Shown in pieces: positions 13,550 through 26,314 of a DNA stretch of 64,000 nt. This stretch comes from Squalus acanthias (lineage: Eukaryota). Location of the stretch: assembly GCA_030390025.1 (NCBI GenBank), contig CM059430.1:61876001-61940000 (forward strand), given 5' to 3'. Both the position numbers and the translations under genes were made by a program. Numbering within the stretch: position 1 is the stretch's first letter; every line of letters starts with the position of its first letter. The notes beneath the pieces are model-generated. The model ran no database searches. It was not told where the DNA came from and saw only the letters and a program-made list of their open reading frames with translations.

Positions 13550-14500
13550 TGTCTGAATTTGGTGCTGTTTTTATTTACTATACACATAAATTATCTGTCC
13601 GTGGGAATTGAGGGATTCATTTCCAAAGTTGAAGATGACACCTAATGGGAAAAGCAGTTTGGAGAATTAGGATCGAGTTTGTGAATTCCTGCAGGGGAAC
13701 ACTGATAGTCATCGCTGGATGGGCAATTAATCAACAGATGTAGAAGGCAGAGAAAGTTATAGTAATACATTTTGGAGAAAAAAGCGGAGAAAGAAAACAC
13801 TCCTTGAATAGTTGGATTTGAAATGGTGCAGAGGAGCAGTAAACTTGGCGTGTAGATACACAAGTCATTAATGGTGATGCAATAAATGGCCGAACAGAGT
13901 CCTTTGAGTTTCTGTCTAGGGGCATAAAATATAAAAACATAGAGGTAATGTTGAACTTGACTTTAGTTAGACTGTAATTGATGTGTTTTGGTATGATCAT
14001 CCCATTACAAGAAGGATAGAAAAAGCATGGAAGGCGTGCAGCATAGATTAACTACTATGTTACCAGGAATGTGGGGTTAAAGTTATGGAGAGACTTGAGA
14101 AGCTAGGGCTTTCATCAACGCAACTGAGAAGATTAAGGGGTGCGCATGTAGTGGTTTTCAAGTTTGTGAAGGATTGTTGAATTATTACTACTGGCCGGTG
14201 GACGGCAACAAGTGGGCACCAAGTTCACATAATCGCAAAATGGAGATGCAAAATACTCTTCACATAGACCATAATAGAGTGTACGGATTTGGAGTTCTCT
14301 GCCGCATCCCGTTGTTGAAGCAGATCATCTTTTTCATTGGGAAGGAGTTGCATGAAAAAGTGTAAAATTTAAGATTGTGAAGAACGAAGAGGAGTATAGA
14401 ATTAACTATATGGTTCAAGTGGAGAAAAACAATGTTGCAGACTCTATTAGCCGAATAACCGGTTTCTATTCTCTAACATTCTCGGATTCTAAAACAATTG
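13550..14500 (+). mobile_element. Ancient CR1 fragment, shared with the paralogous duplicon (about 35050-35440 plus 38150-38590)
   Basis: Highly degenerate RT-like sequence at the homologous position in both duplicons. Confidence 0.6.
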
Positions 14501-15609
14501 GCACTGTGTCTATGCTCCTGCTTGATTATGCACACAGTCAACCAACCATGATATTTGCACGAAGCAAGAGGCAACTAATTCACTTCTTCTTGCATGGTCT
14601 TTAGATTCGGAGTCAAACACTTAGTCACTGGAACTGCTGGGCTACCGTTCTTCTAGTATCAGTTGAAAAATGTTCTAATCCTGTAATTTAGTTTATCTAC
14701 TTCCTAAATAGATCTCAATTTAACATTTTAAACCACGGGTTGTCCTTTCGTGATGCGGGAACCACTCTAAAAGGAGTGAGTGTTTGTAGTTCAATTCCCT
14801 TCTTCATTTAGGCTTGTTAAAGTCGAACCTCTATTGCATGTTAATGGTCCAAATCAAACAGCCTGCTTATATCTCCCTTGACGAGGCCTCGCAACATTTT
14901 AAATACCTAGATCATGGTTCATTCAATCTTTTCTACAACGAAAGAAATTGGTAGCCATCACATCGTTTAGGCAAGTGTGTCTCTTGTACCGTCAATCGTA
15001 AGTTGAGTTCAGAGAGTTTATGGATGAGGCCATGGATTGAAACTTCCTGTCCTCCACTCCAAGCGCATCGCCTGGAATAGAAGCTGAATACAGTGACACA
15101 ACCCCTGAAGTCAGCAGCCATTTTTTGCCCTTTTGTTCCCAGAAATAATTATCATGTGTTATCGTTGAATTTTAACCGGGAGATGTAAGACATCCATTTG
15201 TATACATGTTGTTAAATGGTTTCAGAATGTCAGTTAGCCTATCATTCTAATTGAAATAGCATAGGATCGTCATATATTAAATAATACAGATTTAACTTGA
15301 AAATTATTTTTATTACAAGCATCTATATTTCTGACTAATAATCTCCAAATAATGAAATAATTAACATAGCTGTATTATATACCATGATACTAGAATGTAT
15401 GACATCTTGGGGATTGGAGAACACGGATATACCTGCAAATGGAGATAATTAACACTTTCACTGCTTGGGCGGTAAAGTACACCATCGGCCCTTCGGCCCT
15501 TTATAGAAACCGCCAGATTTTATTTTCAATTGAAATCAGTGAGTTGATATGGCTGCAGGATGAATCAATATACAACAATAAACTGATTAATGTGTCCAAG
15601 ATTGTATTT

Positions 15610-16092
15610 CTATTTCGTTCTTGCATCTGTGTAGACAGCCTCTGTTACGCCTCTTGGGGTTTTCGTCTGTATCTCGTCATATTCTGCGCTTACTTTATTA
15701 TTTTTAGATTTTCCCGCTTTCTCGGGGCCAGACAATTCTAGAGTCGCGTACGTGACCTTGTACCGGGCTGTCCCTTGTTTTATCTGAAAAGCCAATGTTT
15801 GGAAATATTGTTGATTGGTCCTGTTACCAGTTTGTGGTTTGCTGTTCAAGGCAGCCGGCAGAATAACACACAAAAAGCTTTACATACAACACACGGTCAA
15901 AGTCAGAACAACCCGAAATACTCGACTATTACAATAATTTTGGTGCTCCACGGGTGATCTATGTTTCTCTTATCTGCTTCTCAGCCCCACCTGAGCATAC
16001 GCTGAGCTCTGCTCTTCACGTTTACATCTTGGAGTTTTCCTGGCTTTGCTCAAGTCTACTGCAGCATAAGCCACGATCTCGTCATTGGCTCC
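15610..16092 (-). pseudogene. Copy B cytoplasmic ITIM exons (15991-16092 and 15610-15783)
   Basis: Phase-0 exons GANDEIVAYAAVDLSKARKTPRCKREEQSSAYAQ | IKQGTARYKVTYATLELSGPEKAGKSKNNKVSAEYDEIQTKTPRGVTEAVYTDARTK*. Confidence 0.8.
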
Positions 16093-16759
16093 CTGCATGG
16101 GCCCGAAAGAAAATGTTTTGTTATGTGGCTAGTTCAATGCCCTCACAAATTTAGAGACTGCTGACCAAACAATAAACAGAATGACCTGGGCTACAAATAA
16201 AATGCAGAAACCACATCTAATATATTTAAAGATGTGCGAATATTTATGCCGGTAAATAGTGTGCCCATTGTAACTTACATTTCAACCTGTCGATTTTCAC
16301 TACAATACAGGGTTACAGATATGTTTAAACAAGTGGTAGTTTCGGCATCATATCAGATTCCAAAAGCAACGGTGAGATGGATGTACACATAATCAATACC
16401 TAGTTATATGTTGAATGAAGCTACGGATTCCATTTTTCTCCTTCTTTAATCACTTACACCTGCATCGCAACAAGTGTGAAAACACGATTTGAATGATTGA
16501 TCAAAGAGGGACAAATACTTTTGCGAAATAGGTTTTGATAAAATATCCCCATCATAAGAATATTTATTTACACTGGAACCCTATTCCTGGATAAATGATA
16601 TGAACCAACCAGTTCTTCATGAGGGTCTAGTATTGTTGTACTTTCCTGCTTACCGGGAAATGAATGGAATTTAATTACATTCAATGATTAGAATGTTTAT
16701 TCAGTTTCCATGTTTGCACTTTCAAAAGTATTTTACAGTCAATGTAAAGCTCAACATGA

Positions 16760-17920
16760 CTTTAGATATATAGGTTGACAGAGCAATGGCAGACGAAATT
16801 CAACGCAGAGAAGAGTAGAGCGCTACAGCTCGGAAGAAAAAATAAGCTACACATGTACTTCATGGATTGTATTAAAATAACTAAAGATGGAACTGAAAGA
16901 GACCTAGGGGTTTAGTAGACTGAACGCTAAACATGTCCACCCAATGCATAGCAGCAATGGACAAAGCCAATAGGCTGATGAACAACATAGGCAAAACAAT
17001 AGAATGAAAGTCAGAGGAGGGAACGATCAAACTGTATAGTGCTCTTGTCACACGGACCATTGAATAATGTGACCAATTTTGGTCACTAATGGCCAAGCGC
17101 TAGTGCCAGTGCAGAGAAGAGCCACCAGGCTGGTTTCCCAGGGTCAGGGGACTGAGCTGTGAGGAAACTCTGAAAAAACGTGATCTTTTAGACTGGAAAG
17201 GAGGCGTCTCAGCTATCATCTTATTGAAAAATATAAGATAGCTAAGCGTATTGAAAATGTGAATCAAGAGTTTTTTTTCATTGATTCTCAGGACTTGGGT
17301 GTCGCTGACAAGGGCAGCATTTATTGCCCTTCTTTAGTTGCCCTTAATTACAGACAACCTAACGGTTTACTAGATCACTTCAGAGGGCAGTTAAGTGTTA
17401 ACCATATTGGTGTGGAACTGATGTGACCTGTAGGCCAGACCGGGTAAACACGGCAAGTTTCCGTTTCTAAAGGACATTAATGAATTACTTAGCATTTTAT
17501 GACAACCCGATAGCCTCATGGTCACTTGACTTTTACTGATACCAGGTTTTTTATTTCCAAATTTTTAAAACTGAATCCAAATTCTCAATATGCCTCGGAT
17601 CGGTTTACCCACCTTCTCGGGATTACAAATCCAGACTTTTGACTACCAGTTCAGTAACATAAGCACTACACTACCGTACCCGTTTAGTATCAGATATTTA
17701 ACTCGGGGACACTGATAAAAAACTAGCAAATGAGAATTTTAGGCATGATATCAGAAATTCTTCTTTACAGAGAGATCAACATGAGGAACAAGTTCCACAT
17801 ACAGAAAATGAGGCAAACGACCTGAGACCCCTTAACAAACAGCTGGATTCTACACTGGGGAAACAGTCCATCTGTCGGGATGGACCAAATAACCTTCCTC
17901 ATCAGCAGTTATTTTGTGAT
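16760..17920 (+). mobile_element. Old CR1 fragment with nested SINE-like element (about 17275-17685) in a copy B intron
   Basis: Degenerate caatggcagacgaaattcaacgcagagaag...; nested piece carries the reverse complement of the 6896-7420 tail. Confidence 0.65.
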
Positions 17921-18329
17921 ATTACATTTTCCGGGCTGTTTTGAAAATCCGAATCAATGTAGCCATCTACAGTCGTGTACACCGACTCGCAACTGGACAC
18001 TGACCCCACTTTACCCAAACTAGTCACAGGCCCCCAAAGTTATGAAACATCGATCAAATTGCACTTATCATCTGCCACAAAGTGGAAATTTCCGTTGTTA
18101 ATAGCCAGATGATCAGATCATTTATAGTCTCATCCTGTGGTAATTCTTTCGTTATAAGATGCTTAATTCAGTGCAATTTGCAATAAGCAATTTCTGTTCC
18201 TGTGGCATCAGATATCATAACCTGAACCTTTAAGTAATAATCGCGCTGTTCTCCTACTGTGCCGCCCATGACGCTCTCTCTATCGCTCAAAAGATTTGTA
18301 TTAAATCAAACGATTAACGCAATACCTAC

Positions 18330-18440
18330 CTTTATTCTTCAAACTGCATCTCGTCCCAATGATGATCATGAGCACCAGAAACGCCAATCGACCCAGCGCA
18401 CATCCAAGACCCCAGATGTAACGATATTTACCATCAGATT
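18330..18440 (-). pseudogene. Copy B TM exon (ESDGKYRYIWGLGCALGRLAFLVLMIIIGTRCSLKNK)
   Basis: Acceptor taatcttgcag, donor G|GTAGG, hydrophobic run, homology to 41225-41338. Confidence 0.8.
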
Positions 18441-19603
18441 CTGCAAGATTAAAAGGATACATACTGATTTCTAATTTGTGGCTGCCGTTACCTGAAAAGA
18501 GACATCGGGATAATTTGTTGGCTAAACTGCTGTTCATACTTACAGTAACTACGCAGTATAGCAGGCGAATATGTTCATTTTGAAAATAACCTTACTTTAG
18601 CTTTTTAGATTTGATATCAAAAGAAACTTCTCACAAAAGGGTGATACACGGCCGGAATAATCCGCGAGGCAGGGTATTCGTTTTGGGTGCTCTGAGTGCT
18701 AGAGTTTGGGAGAGTTAGAATTCCAGATGAATAATTTTCGATGGACAGAAAAGCTTGTTCTTGTACTTGACTTTTATTTTGCCCTCAAACGATTGTTTGA
18801 TGAAATCGCGGCAATTCAGTGACACGTGACTCGCTATTGCCGAAGGAAAAGGCGGATTGTATCAATTGGGTTTAAATGCAAATTCAATTCTCTGCAGTGT
18901 ATTTACTGAAGTAAAACTGTCACTGAATAAGAAAGGGAACCCGCACACGGTTATTTGTTAATTACAGAAAAATAGGTGCTAATAAACCGACGTCTTGCAA
19001 CCAATTGCAGTGCAAACAGGTCTGGGTCACAGTCTGAATGAAATGTATGAAACGGGTTCCCGCTCCAAACCTCTGTATCACGGAGCGGTTGCGTTACGGC
19101 CAGTCCACAAGGCTAATTTCTGACCAATTCAGAGTCAATCGCCCAACAGCGGGAGGGATCATGAGCCGCACTGGGAGACACGCCAGGCCAGAAAAAAGAA
19201 CTGCCGCTTCTAGTCCTGCAACTTATGTAAGGAAACCAGGTAATGCGAAAGAAGAAAATCAATTTAACAAGAGCACAAATTTGAATGTTTAATAATAAGC
19301 AAGAGATGTAAAATAATTCGCTGGAAGAGCTACACCACCTGCTCATTTTTTATGCAATTTGGAAACTGCCGAGTTTTAACACGGAGTTTCTGGGTGGAGG
19401 GCGATAATATTACTTCCGGTTTTACAATAGGTTCCAGGTCAATAATTTTTTACATTGAAACATTGATTTTCACTTTGCTTTGATATTTCCCGGGAGCTTT
19501 TTTCTAACTATCTTTATGGTTATCAATATGAACAAACTCTACGAAATAGCCTTTCAGAATATAACAGTAGCTGACCTCACTTCTTGGCCTGTTGGCCTCG
19601 TAC

Positions 19604-19915
19604 CTGGGTCGGAATTAGCAACTGTGTGGATGGCAATGGCGGGAGTCACGAGGGAGGCATGAGATACCAAATAGATGTAAACAGCCTCGTTCAGCACAGG
19701 CTGCGTCTCTTCCAAAGAGCTGGAAACTTCATACAGTCCCTCAGTGTTCTGCCGTTTAATGAGATTTATCCCAGTTGCAGTTTCGACGCCATTTTTATAC
19801 CAAAAGAGGGTTAAATCGCCCGGGTAAAACTCAGCCGTTTCACACACAAGAATCAGAGACGCAGCTGCACTGCTCTCGGGTGTCCTGGAGACAATCTTCA
19901 CTGGAGTTGGGGCAG
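19604..19915 (-). pseudogene. Copy B C1 exon (open but lacks F-strand Cys)
   Basis: Within ORF 19554..19931: LILVCETAEFYPGDLTLFWYKNG...YIYLVSHASL versus YTCLVSHISL in copy C. Confidence 0.88.
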
Positions 19916-20549
19916 CTGCGGAACAGAGCATGGGGAAAATCAGGTTACTGGGGGGATAATGAAAATAAGATATGGGAGAAGAATGTTATCCTCAGTCGTT
20001 CCCTGTTTGTTAGGAACTCTAGGTCTGTCTGTCTGTCTCCCCAGGAGAGAAATGAATAATCTGTCCATCACCGATAATAAAGCAAGGCAGAAATGGATAT
20101 CGGACAGCTCACACAGCCGGAGCATGAGAACGGCTGAGCGAAATTACTTTCCCTTCAACGTCAAAAGGCTGCAACAACACAGCCTCTGGGGAATGTTTTA
20201 TTTATTGGATCGAATGAGGCACAAAATTACGGTTTGTGGACCAGTTTGTTGAGTGAATCCAATGATTAACAGTTAATTTAATCTGATCTGAAGTCCGTCA
20301 GCCGAATCAGTCTGTCAGTATGTGAGCATTAATTTCATAAGAAGGAGTGTTAAACCTCACTTACAGCGACAGGGACAAACGGCATATCTAAAATGGAGCA
20401 AGAATCGTGTATATGACGGGAGCGGGGCATTAACAGAAAAGATTTTAGGTCAATTATCAATATAGTTGGAATTTGTGCCGCAACTTCCATCATCAGAAGT
20501 CCGATGTAAAAAGATATTTTGAGATGAATCGAGTAACATGTTACTTGCG

Positions 20550-20665
20550 GGAGGTCGTCGACCTGAAACGTTGACTCTGCTCCTTTCTCCACAGCTGCTG
20601 CCTGAACTGCTGAGTATTTCCAACGTTTTTGTTTATATTTCAGATTTCCAACATCCGCAGTATAT
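20550..20665 (+). repeat. Short interspersed palindromic repeat, half copy (Penelope-associated type)
   Basis: gacctgaaacgttgactctg...gctgagtatttccaac...cagatttccaacatccgcagta; homologous to 32985-33190. Confidence 0.6.
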
Positions 20666-20897
20666 TGACTCAGTAGCATGTTAATTACTCTGGTTAATAT
20701 TGATAGCATTTTAAACAACTCAGCAAATGGAACGTCATATTGTGCCGTATAATTAGCAGTTGTGTGCAGAGTTTCAGTGTAAATGTCTTAATATAATTGT
20801 TATATAATATCAAAGACGGTGCACGTAAACAATGACAAAACATCATCCTTGCTACATTTGATATATTTGGACGTTCCCGCTCACTCCGGTCACTTAC

Positions 20898-21209
20898 CGC
20901 ACACAGTTAGATGTGATCCTGTTCCATTTTCATTAATACTTCCATGACGGATCACTGCGCAGTGATCGATTCCAGAGTCCTGGAAAGTCACGTTCAGTAA
21001 CTCAAAGAAACCGCCTCATTTTTTTTTGAGAACAAATCGTTTTCTGTTATCGTCTCCTGTTTGCAAATAACCATTCTCACCCTGTTTCCACCAGCGCACT
21101 TCTACCCCTGAATTGTTATGAGAAAGGGGGATTACGCAGTGGAAGGCGATGTCTGTCCCCCTTAATGTATTTACTTTTTTGGGAGTTTGAGACACGCTGA
21201 TCGCAGCAG
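20898..21209 (-). pseudogene. Copy B V exon with in-frame stop
   Basis: AAAISVSQTPKKVNTLRGTDIAFHCVIPLSHNNSGVEVRWWKQGENGYLQTGDDNRKRFVLKKK*GGFFELLNVTFQDSGIDHCAVIRHGSINENGTGSHLTVC; canonical AG/GT. Confidence 0.88.
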
Positions 21210-21560
21210 CTATTAGAAAATATATTCAAAGTTTGGTTAATTGTATTCTATGCGGAACTAGGCTCTTTAGAACACATTACTACATGGAAAAGAAAAAGGG
21301 AAAGCAGAATACAGACGAACGAACTATATTTCATTGATTTTGTGTGGTATCTACTTCAGATTCTTTTATTGCGACGGTTGGGCTAGAGAATAATCAGGTA
21401 CCTGTGTAAATGAAACACCGCGAGAGACAGGAACAGGAAAGGAAACATCACACTCGACAACATGCCAAGCAAAATAATCAACTGATCACTGACTGCACAG
21501 ACCGTGTGGTTACCAACGAAAGTAGGGCTTGCTGATTGTTTAATGTGAAATGCGCCACAG

Positions 21561-21574
21561 TGACGTTTGACATC
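21561..21574 (-). promoter_or_regulatory. Candidate CRE/ATF promoter element of copy B
   Basis: tgacgtttgacatc, positionally conserved across paralogues. Confidence 0.5.
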
Positions 21575-22615
21575 CTGTGACTGTTGGTTCACAAAATAGC
21601 TTTCGTTTGTGAAGTGAAATTTCATGACGATTCTGCTCTTCGGCAGCCATCACGGTCAACAAAGAATTAGAATAAAATATTGTCCGCATTTCAAATGGAG
21701 AATTTACCATCAATCGCTGAGCCAGTGTTGGTTTCTCTTAGATTAAGATGTGGAATGTGCACATTCCTTGTAGTGAACCTCCTGAGGCAAATATTCTTAC
21801 ACTTCCCTTCGGTTGTACGCTACTGTTACCGTCACACAATATACCAGACATGTAAAATCTGAACAAACTGGGAACATTTATCGATTGTTTATAATTAGTT
21901 CTTAAATAACAGTAGCAATATTTTATGAGAAAGGCTAAAGGTAAGAAAATAGCTGATTAAGCCAGCAGTTGTCTGTGTGGAGAATGTTCTACTATAATTT
22001 CACACATCGCTGCACATTCCACGGGATACTGGGGAGATCGTATTCATTGTGACGTGTTATATCTCGGGAGACCTGATATTATTCCGAACACAGTGACCTG
22101 AATCTGATCAGTCAGTCATAACGTTGGGGTTTATTTTTACATTATAATAACCATGTTGAACATTTAGGAAATAGGGATTTGATGATGCCATCAGAGAGGT
22201 GTCGATATATGCTTCGGGCCAGGGTATCTTTAAATACAATTTCCTGCTTTCAGCCGGTCCTTACTAAAATAATTGGGGGGAGAAATTCGTTATTGCCCCT
22301 TTTTGGACGCTGATTTTTGAAATCGTGAAAAATTAGCGCCAGGCGCTAATGATTTTGAGATTCCCCTAAAATGGCTTTTAGCGCTCCAGGATAGAAGTGG
22401 AGCACTAAATCAAGCGCCAATGACCTCAATAGGGCGCTACAGGGGGCCTTTCTGCAGATCTGTAATTAATTTCAGGTGCAATGCAATCGGGAATTATAGT
22501 TCACAGTGGCGCCTGCCAGCTCTGAAAGGGGTGGTTGCATCAATGTGCAGATCCTCATTATCAGCAGTGCTGGCTGCGAGGGCGACCTTCAATCAAATCA
22601 ATCCCCTGATCCTGA

Positions 22616-24480
22616 TGGCTGATCCCACTCCCAGGGAGAGAGCTCATCGCCTCTTCGATAAGGCATTGGAAGCATTGGCAGTGGGAGTGGAGCAAAGGAG
22701 GGCATTGTTTTTTCCCGAACACTGGAAGGAAGCCATTGGCCCAGGTATTCGGGGCAATGTGGAGGGAAGTGGCCCAGGAGGTCGTGGCCAGTAGTGTGGA
22801 GATCCCCAGCCTGACACAGTGCCAGATGAAATTCAACGACCTAACTCGGGTGTTCAAGCTGAGTAGATGCTTCAAAATGTCTTCCATGCCAGCATCGCAA
22901 CCTCAGTCTGTACACACTGTACAAACCACCACACCCTGACCACTCACTCAGCAAGCAACTGCACCTACATAAACTCACATCCACATCTCATGCCTTGCCT
23001 ACAATCACAGCTATTCAGCTACGACAGTCAAATCTACCAAACACGCAGCTGGACTCTGACTCACACACATTCGTTTCTCTTGCAGGTCAGAAAGGTCCAC
23101 AAAAGGAGAGAGCACCAGAGGACAGGCAGCGGCGATATGCAACTGCAGCAGCTTTCAGACCTGGAGGAGCGAGTGCTGCTACTCAATGGGTAGCAGTTGG
23201 TTGGCTCCATGGCCCTCAGCAACATCAAACCCCTTGTGGGCAACAACCATATGTTCAACCCCTCTCCTTGTCTCGTCCCACTTCTCCTTACAACACAAGC
23301 CTTTCCCACTTTCCAGCTCCTGATCCTGTCTGCATTCGTTGTTCCCTTCCTGCCCCCCTGCCCTCACCTTAAAGCGAGTCTTGTGCCTTTATGCTTTCAG
23401 AGAATCAGCAACAAGATGATCAACCTGTCCTGAGCCTCCCACTGAGAGTGAGGAAGGAGAAGAGGAGGAGGAGTAAAGCAGTGCATCAGTGAATCTCTCA
23501 GCTGCAGGCACCAACTCAGATACTGGCACTACGCGATCTTTAGAGGCAAGTTTAGTAGAGGGGTCTGGACTGGGTGATGCACCGGGGACGAGCGGGCTGC
23601 AGCAAGGCCTGGGGAAAAGGGAAAGCTTGGGAGGCATCTCCCCGGAGGGCGAGTTCCCGCATGAGTTCTTCTGTGTAGGACTCAGATGAGGACATCGATG
23701 GGGAAGCGTTCACAAGAAGTGTGATGGGCAGGCATACCGAGATGATAGGTGCAATGGCATGGGCTGACGAGAGCCTGTCGGCAATGGTAAGGAGCATGGA
23801 GAAGTCCAACTCGAACATTGCACAGAGCTCTGTGTACACCATTGAGCCCATTCTTGGTAGTCTGCAAAGGGTGGTGGACTGCCTGAGAGACCATGAGGAC
23901 CCAGACCTCATGCCGCGTGTGATGTGCGATGTGGCAGCATCCATTGCAGCACAGGCAGAAGCCATGCAAAGTCTTATTGCTGTCATGCAGTCAATGGTTG
24001 ATGGCATCGATTCTCAGACTGCTCTCATGCACTCTGACTGCTGTTATCATTGCTGGGTCCACCTCAGTCCACCGGGGATCTCATTGTGTTGCAGCTGCTC
24101 AGCAATCGGTGTTGCAGCAGATTGGTAGGGATGCTGAGGTCCTGCCCTGCGGGAGTGGCAGTGTGTCAGTCGAGCAGGAACCTGCTGCCCTCTTTCAGGA
24201 TGGCAGCATTACTGCTCCCATCATTGCCATTCCACCATTGTCCTTGCTGCTGCCTGTTATCCAGCCAGGCCAGACTGACGCCACCTATCCTGAGGTGGAA
24301 CAGTGTACAGCTGGGCTTTCCAGGCCCAGAGCTGATCGAGGGCGTCCTGCAAGTCCATCTGTAGTCTCTGGCACCAACACTCAGCAGCCTTCCACCAGCC
24401 CTGCTGCAGCTGCTGGGGAGACACTATGTCGGAGCAGCTGATTAGGGAAAGGCACTGTAAAGAGGGCAAGTAAGAGTTTG
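22616..24480 (+). pseudogene. Harbinger Myb/SANT-like DNA-binding protein, spliced and frameshifted
   Basis: RLFDKALEAL...WREVAQEV...QCQMKFNDL; RREHQRTGSG; acidic and low-complexity C-terminal region. Confidence 0.8.
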
Positions 24481-24767
24481 CACTAGGGTCTTTAGTTAAT
24501 ATTGTTGTTGTATATATGTGGTTATTGATTTTGGATAAATGTATTCTTGAAATTTCGCAGAGATGGTGCTGTGTCTCATTTCAGCTTTGGGATGTGGTAT
24601 GGCATGAGAAATTGATGGAATGATAGGGATTGGATGAGCAACTGGGAAGTGGCCTCGAATTCATTGGAACCGAAGTCATAGATCGCCCTTCCACAAGACT
24701 GATGGATTGGCTGGCTCCTCTGTCGCTGCTGTTCATGCTCCTGTTCCTCTCGTCCTTGTCCTCCTCC

Positions 24768-25860
24768 TCATTCCCCTCCTCCTCGTCTCCCTCTCCCTCC
24801 TCCTGAGGTCGTGCAGGCTATGCCTGGTGGTAATGGCTGCGACCTCATGATGGCCAGGTTGTGCAGCATGCAGCAGATGATGACGAAAAGGGACACCCGT
24901 TCAACCGAGTATTGGAGGGCTCCTCCCAAGCGGGCAAGGCAGCAGAACCATTGCTTGAGCACTCCGATGGTCTACTCACTTATGTTCCTGTTGGCAGCAT
25001 GACCATCATTGTATGAGTATTCAGGCATGAGTGTTGGGGTTGCGGTGGTGTGTAATGAGCCAGGTGGAGAGCGGATAGCTCTTGTCTCCCAGCAGCCAGC
25101 CGCGAGTTGATGTGGTGGCTGGAGCAGAGCAGGCACACCAGTCTGGCACAGGATGAAGGCATAGTGGCTGCTGCAACGATAGTGGGCATTGATGGTGAGT
25201 ATGCACTGTGTGTTGTCACACACCAACTGCACATTAAGTGAGTGGTAGCCTTTACGGTTATGGAATAGCTCAGGATTGTTATGAGGTGCCCGGCAAAGCG
25301 ATGTGTGTGCAGTTAATGGCGCCCTACACCATGGCGAAACCCGCTATCCTGGCAAAGCCACATGCATGTTCGTGCTGCTTCTCTCTGGTCATGGGGAAGG
25401 ACATGCAATCCCTTCTCCTTCTGTAGAGAACGTCTGTGACCTTGCAAATGCAGCAATGGACTGCGAACTGCGCTATGTTCGATATGTCTCCTGTTGCACA
25501 CTGGAATGATCCACTGGTGTAGAAATTGAGGGCGACGGTCACCATGACTGCTACTAAGAGAGCCATGGTGGTCCTGATGTGAGGCTCGAGGTCTGGCTGC
25601 AGGAGGTGACAGAGATCCGTGATCAGGTCCTTCGTGAAGCGGAACCTTCTAAGACATTGTTCCTCAGTGAGATTGATGTAGGAGAATTGTTGCCGGCATA
25701 CCCTGGGATGGTAAGTCCTCCTGTTTAGAGCCCTGTTAGCCCTCCTCCCTCTGCCCACATTTTGCAATCTTTCTCTCTGCCTCTGCTGCCTCCTAAATTG
25801 ACACTGGAGGTCGAGGTCCGGTGCCAGATCAGCCTCTATTAAATTATGGAAATGTTGCAC
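24768..25860 (-). pseudogene. Harbinger transposase (HARBI1-like), frameshifted
   Basis: CLRRFRFTKD...ALNFYTSGSFQ; QLVCD; [11 protein letters not shown]; CCMLHNLA spread over several frames. Confidence 0.88.
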
Positions 25861-26314
25861 TTTTAAATCTCACCGAAATGGAAGTGATAAAGTTTTCTGA
25901 AGCAGAAGATTCCTTCGAGTGGAAAACTTAGAAATCGCTGAAAACGCCTGTTAGCCTATGTCAAACTGACAAGGCAGCATTCTTTGCCGACTAAAACAAA
26001 CGGATGTTGACGCCTTTATGTAGGCCCCTTCAACACACATCGGACTGCAAGCCGCCTCCTCTACCTGTCCTTGCTAATGGCAGGCGCTCAGGCATGGGGC
26101 TAGAGTGAATTTAAGAGCTGGAGCACTACCGGGGCGCTGCGCACCCGGATGACATCACGATCTCTGAGTGCAGGAGTTCGTGGCGCTATTGGCTACTGCT
26201 GCCGCAAACCTCCACCTCAATTTTGCGGGCGTCGGTACTATCGCCGCGCCCGGTCACGCCCCGTTAGCAGCCCCGGAGGTGCTAACACGTGTCACTAAAG
26301 CACCGAATTTCTTG

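Larger units (their letters stand above)
15610..21463 (-). pseudogene. Receptor copy B: L-V-C1-TM-ITIM tail, inactivated
   Basis: Exons 21402-21463 (leader, ends phase 2, frameshifted), 20898-21209 (V; TGA at 21016-21018; YxC>DHC), 19604-19915 (C1; second Cys>Tyr at 19671-19673), 18330-18440 (TM), 16610-16653 (acceptor AG>CG), 15991-16092 and 15610-15783 (open ITIM exons). Confidence 0.88.
22275..26312. mobile_element. Decayed autonomous PIF/Harbinger DNA transposon
   Basis: Ends gggggagaaattcg ... cgaatttct; convergent Myb/SANT-like gene (+) and DDE transposase (-). Confidence 0.88.

Noticed and set aside
16186-16190. Conserved tag|CCCAG|gtcatt (also near 40081-40085) as a 5-nt microexon bridging phase 1 to phase 0
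   Set aside because: A conventional 41/44-nt exon (40639-40679, 16610-16653) already supplies the phase change; the donor is weak
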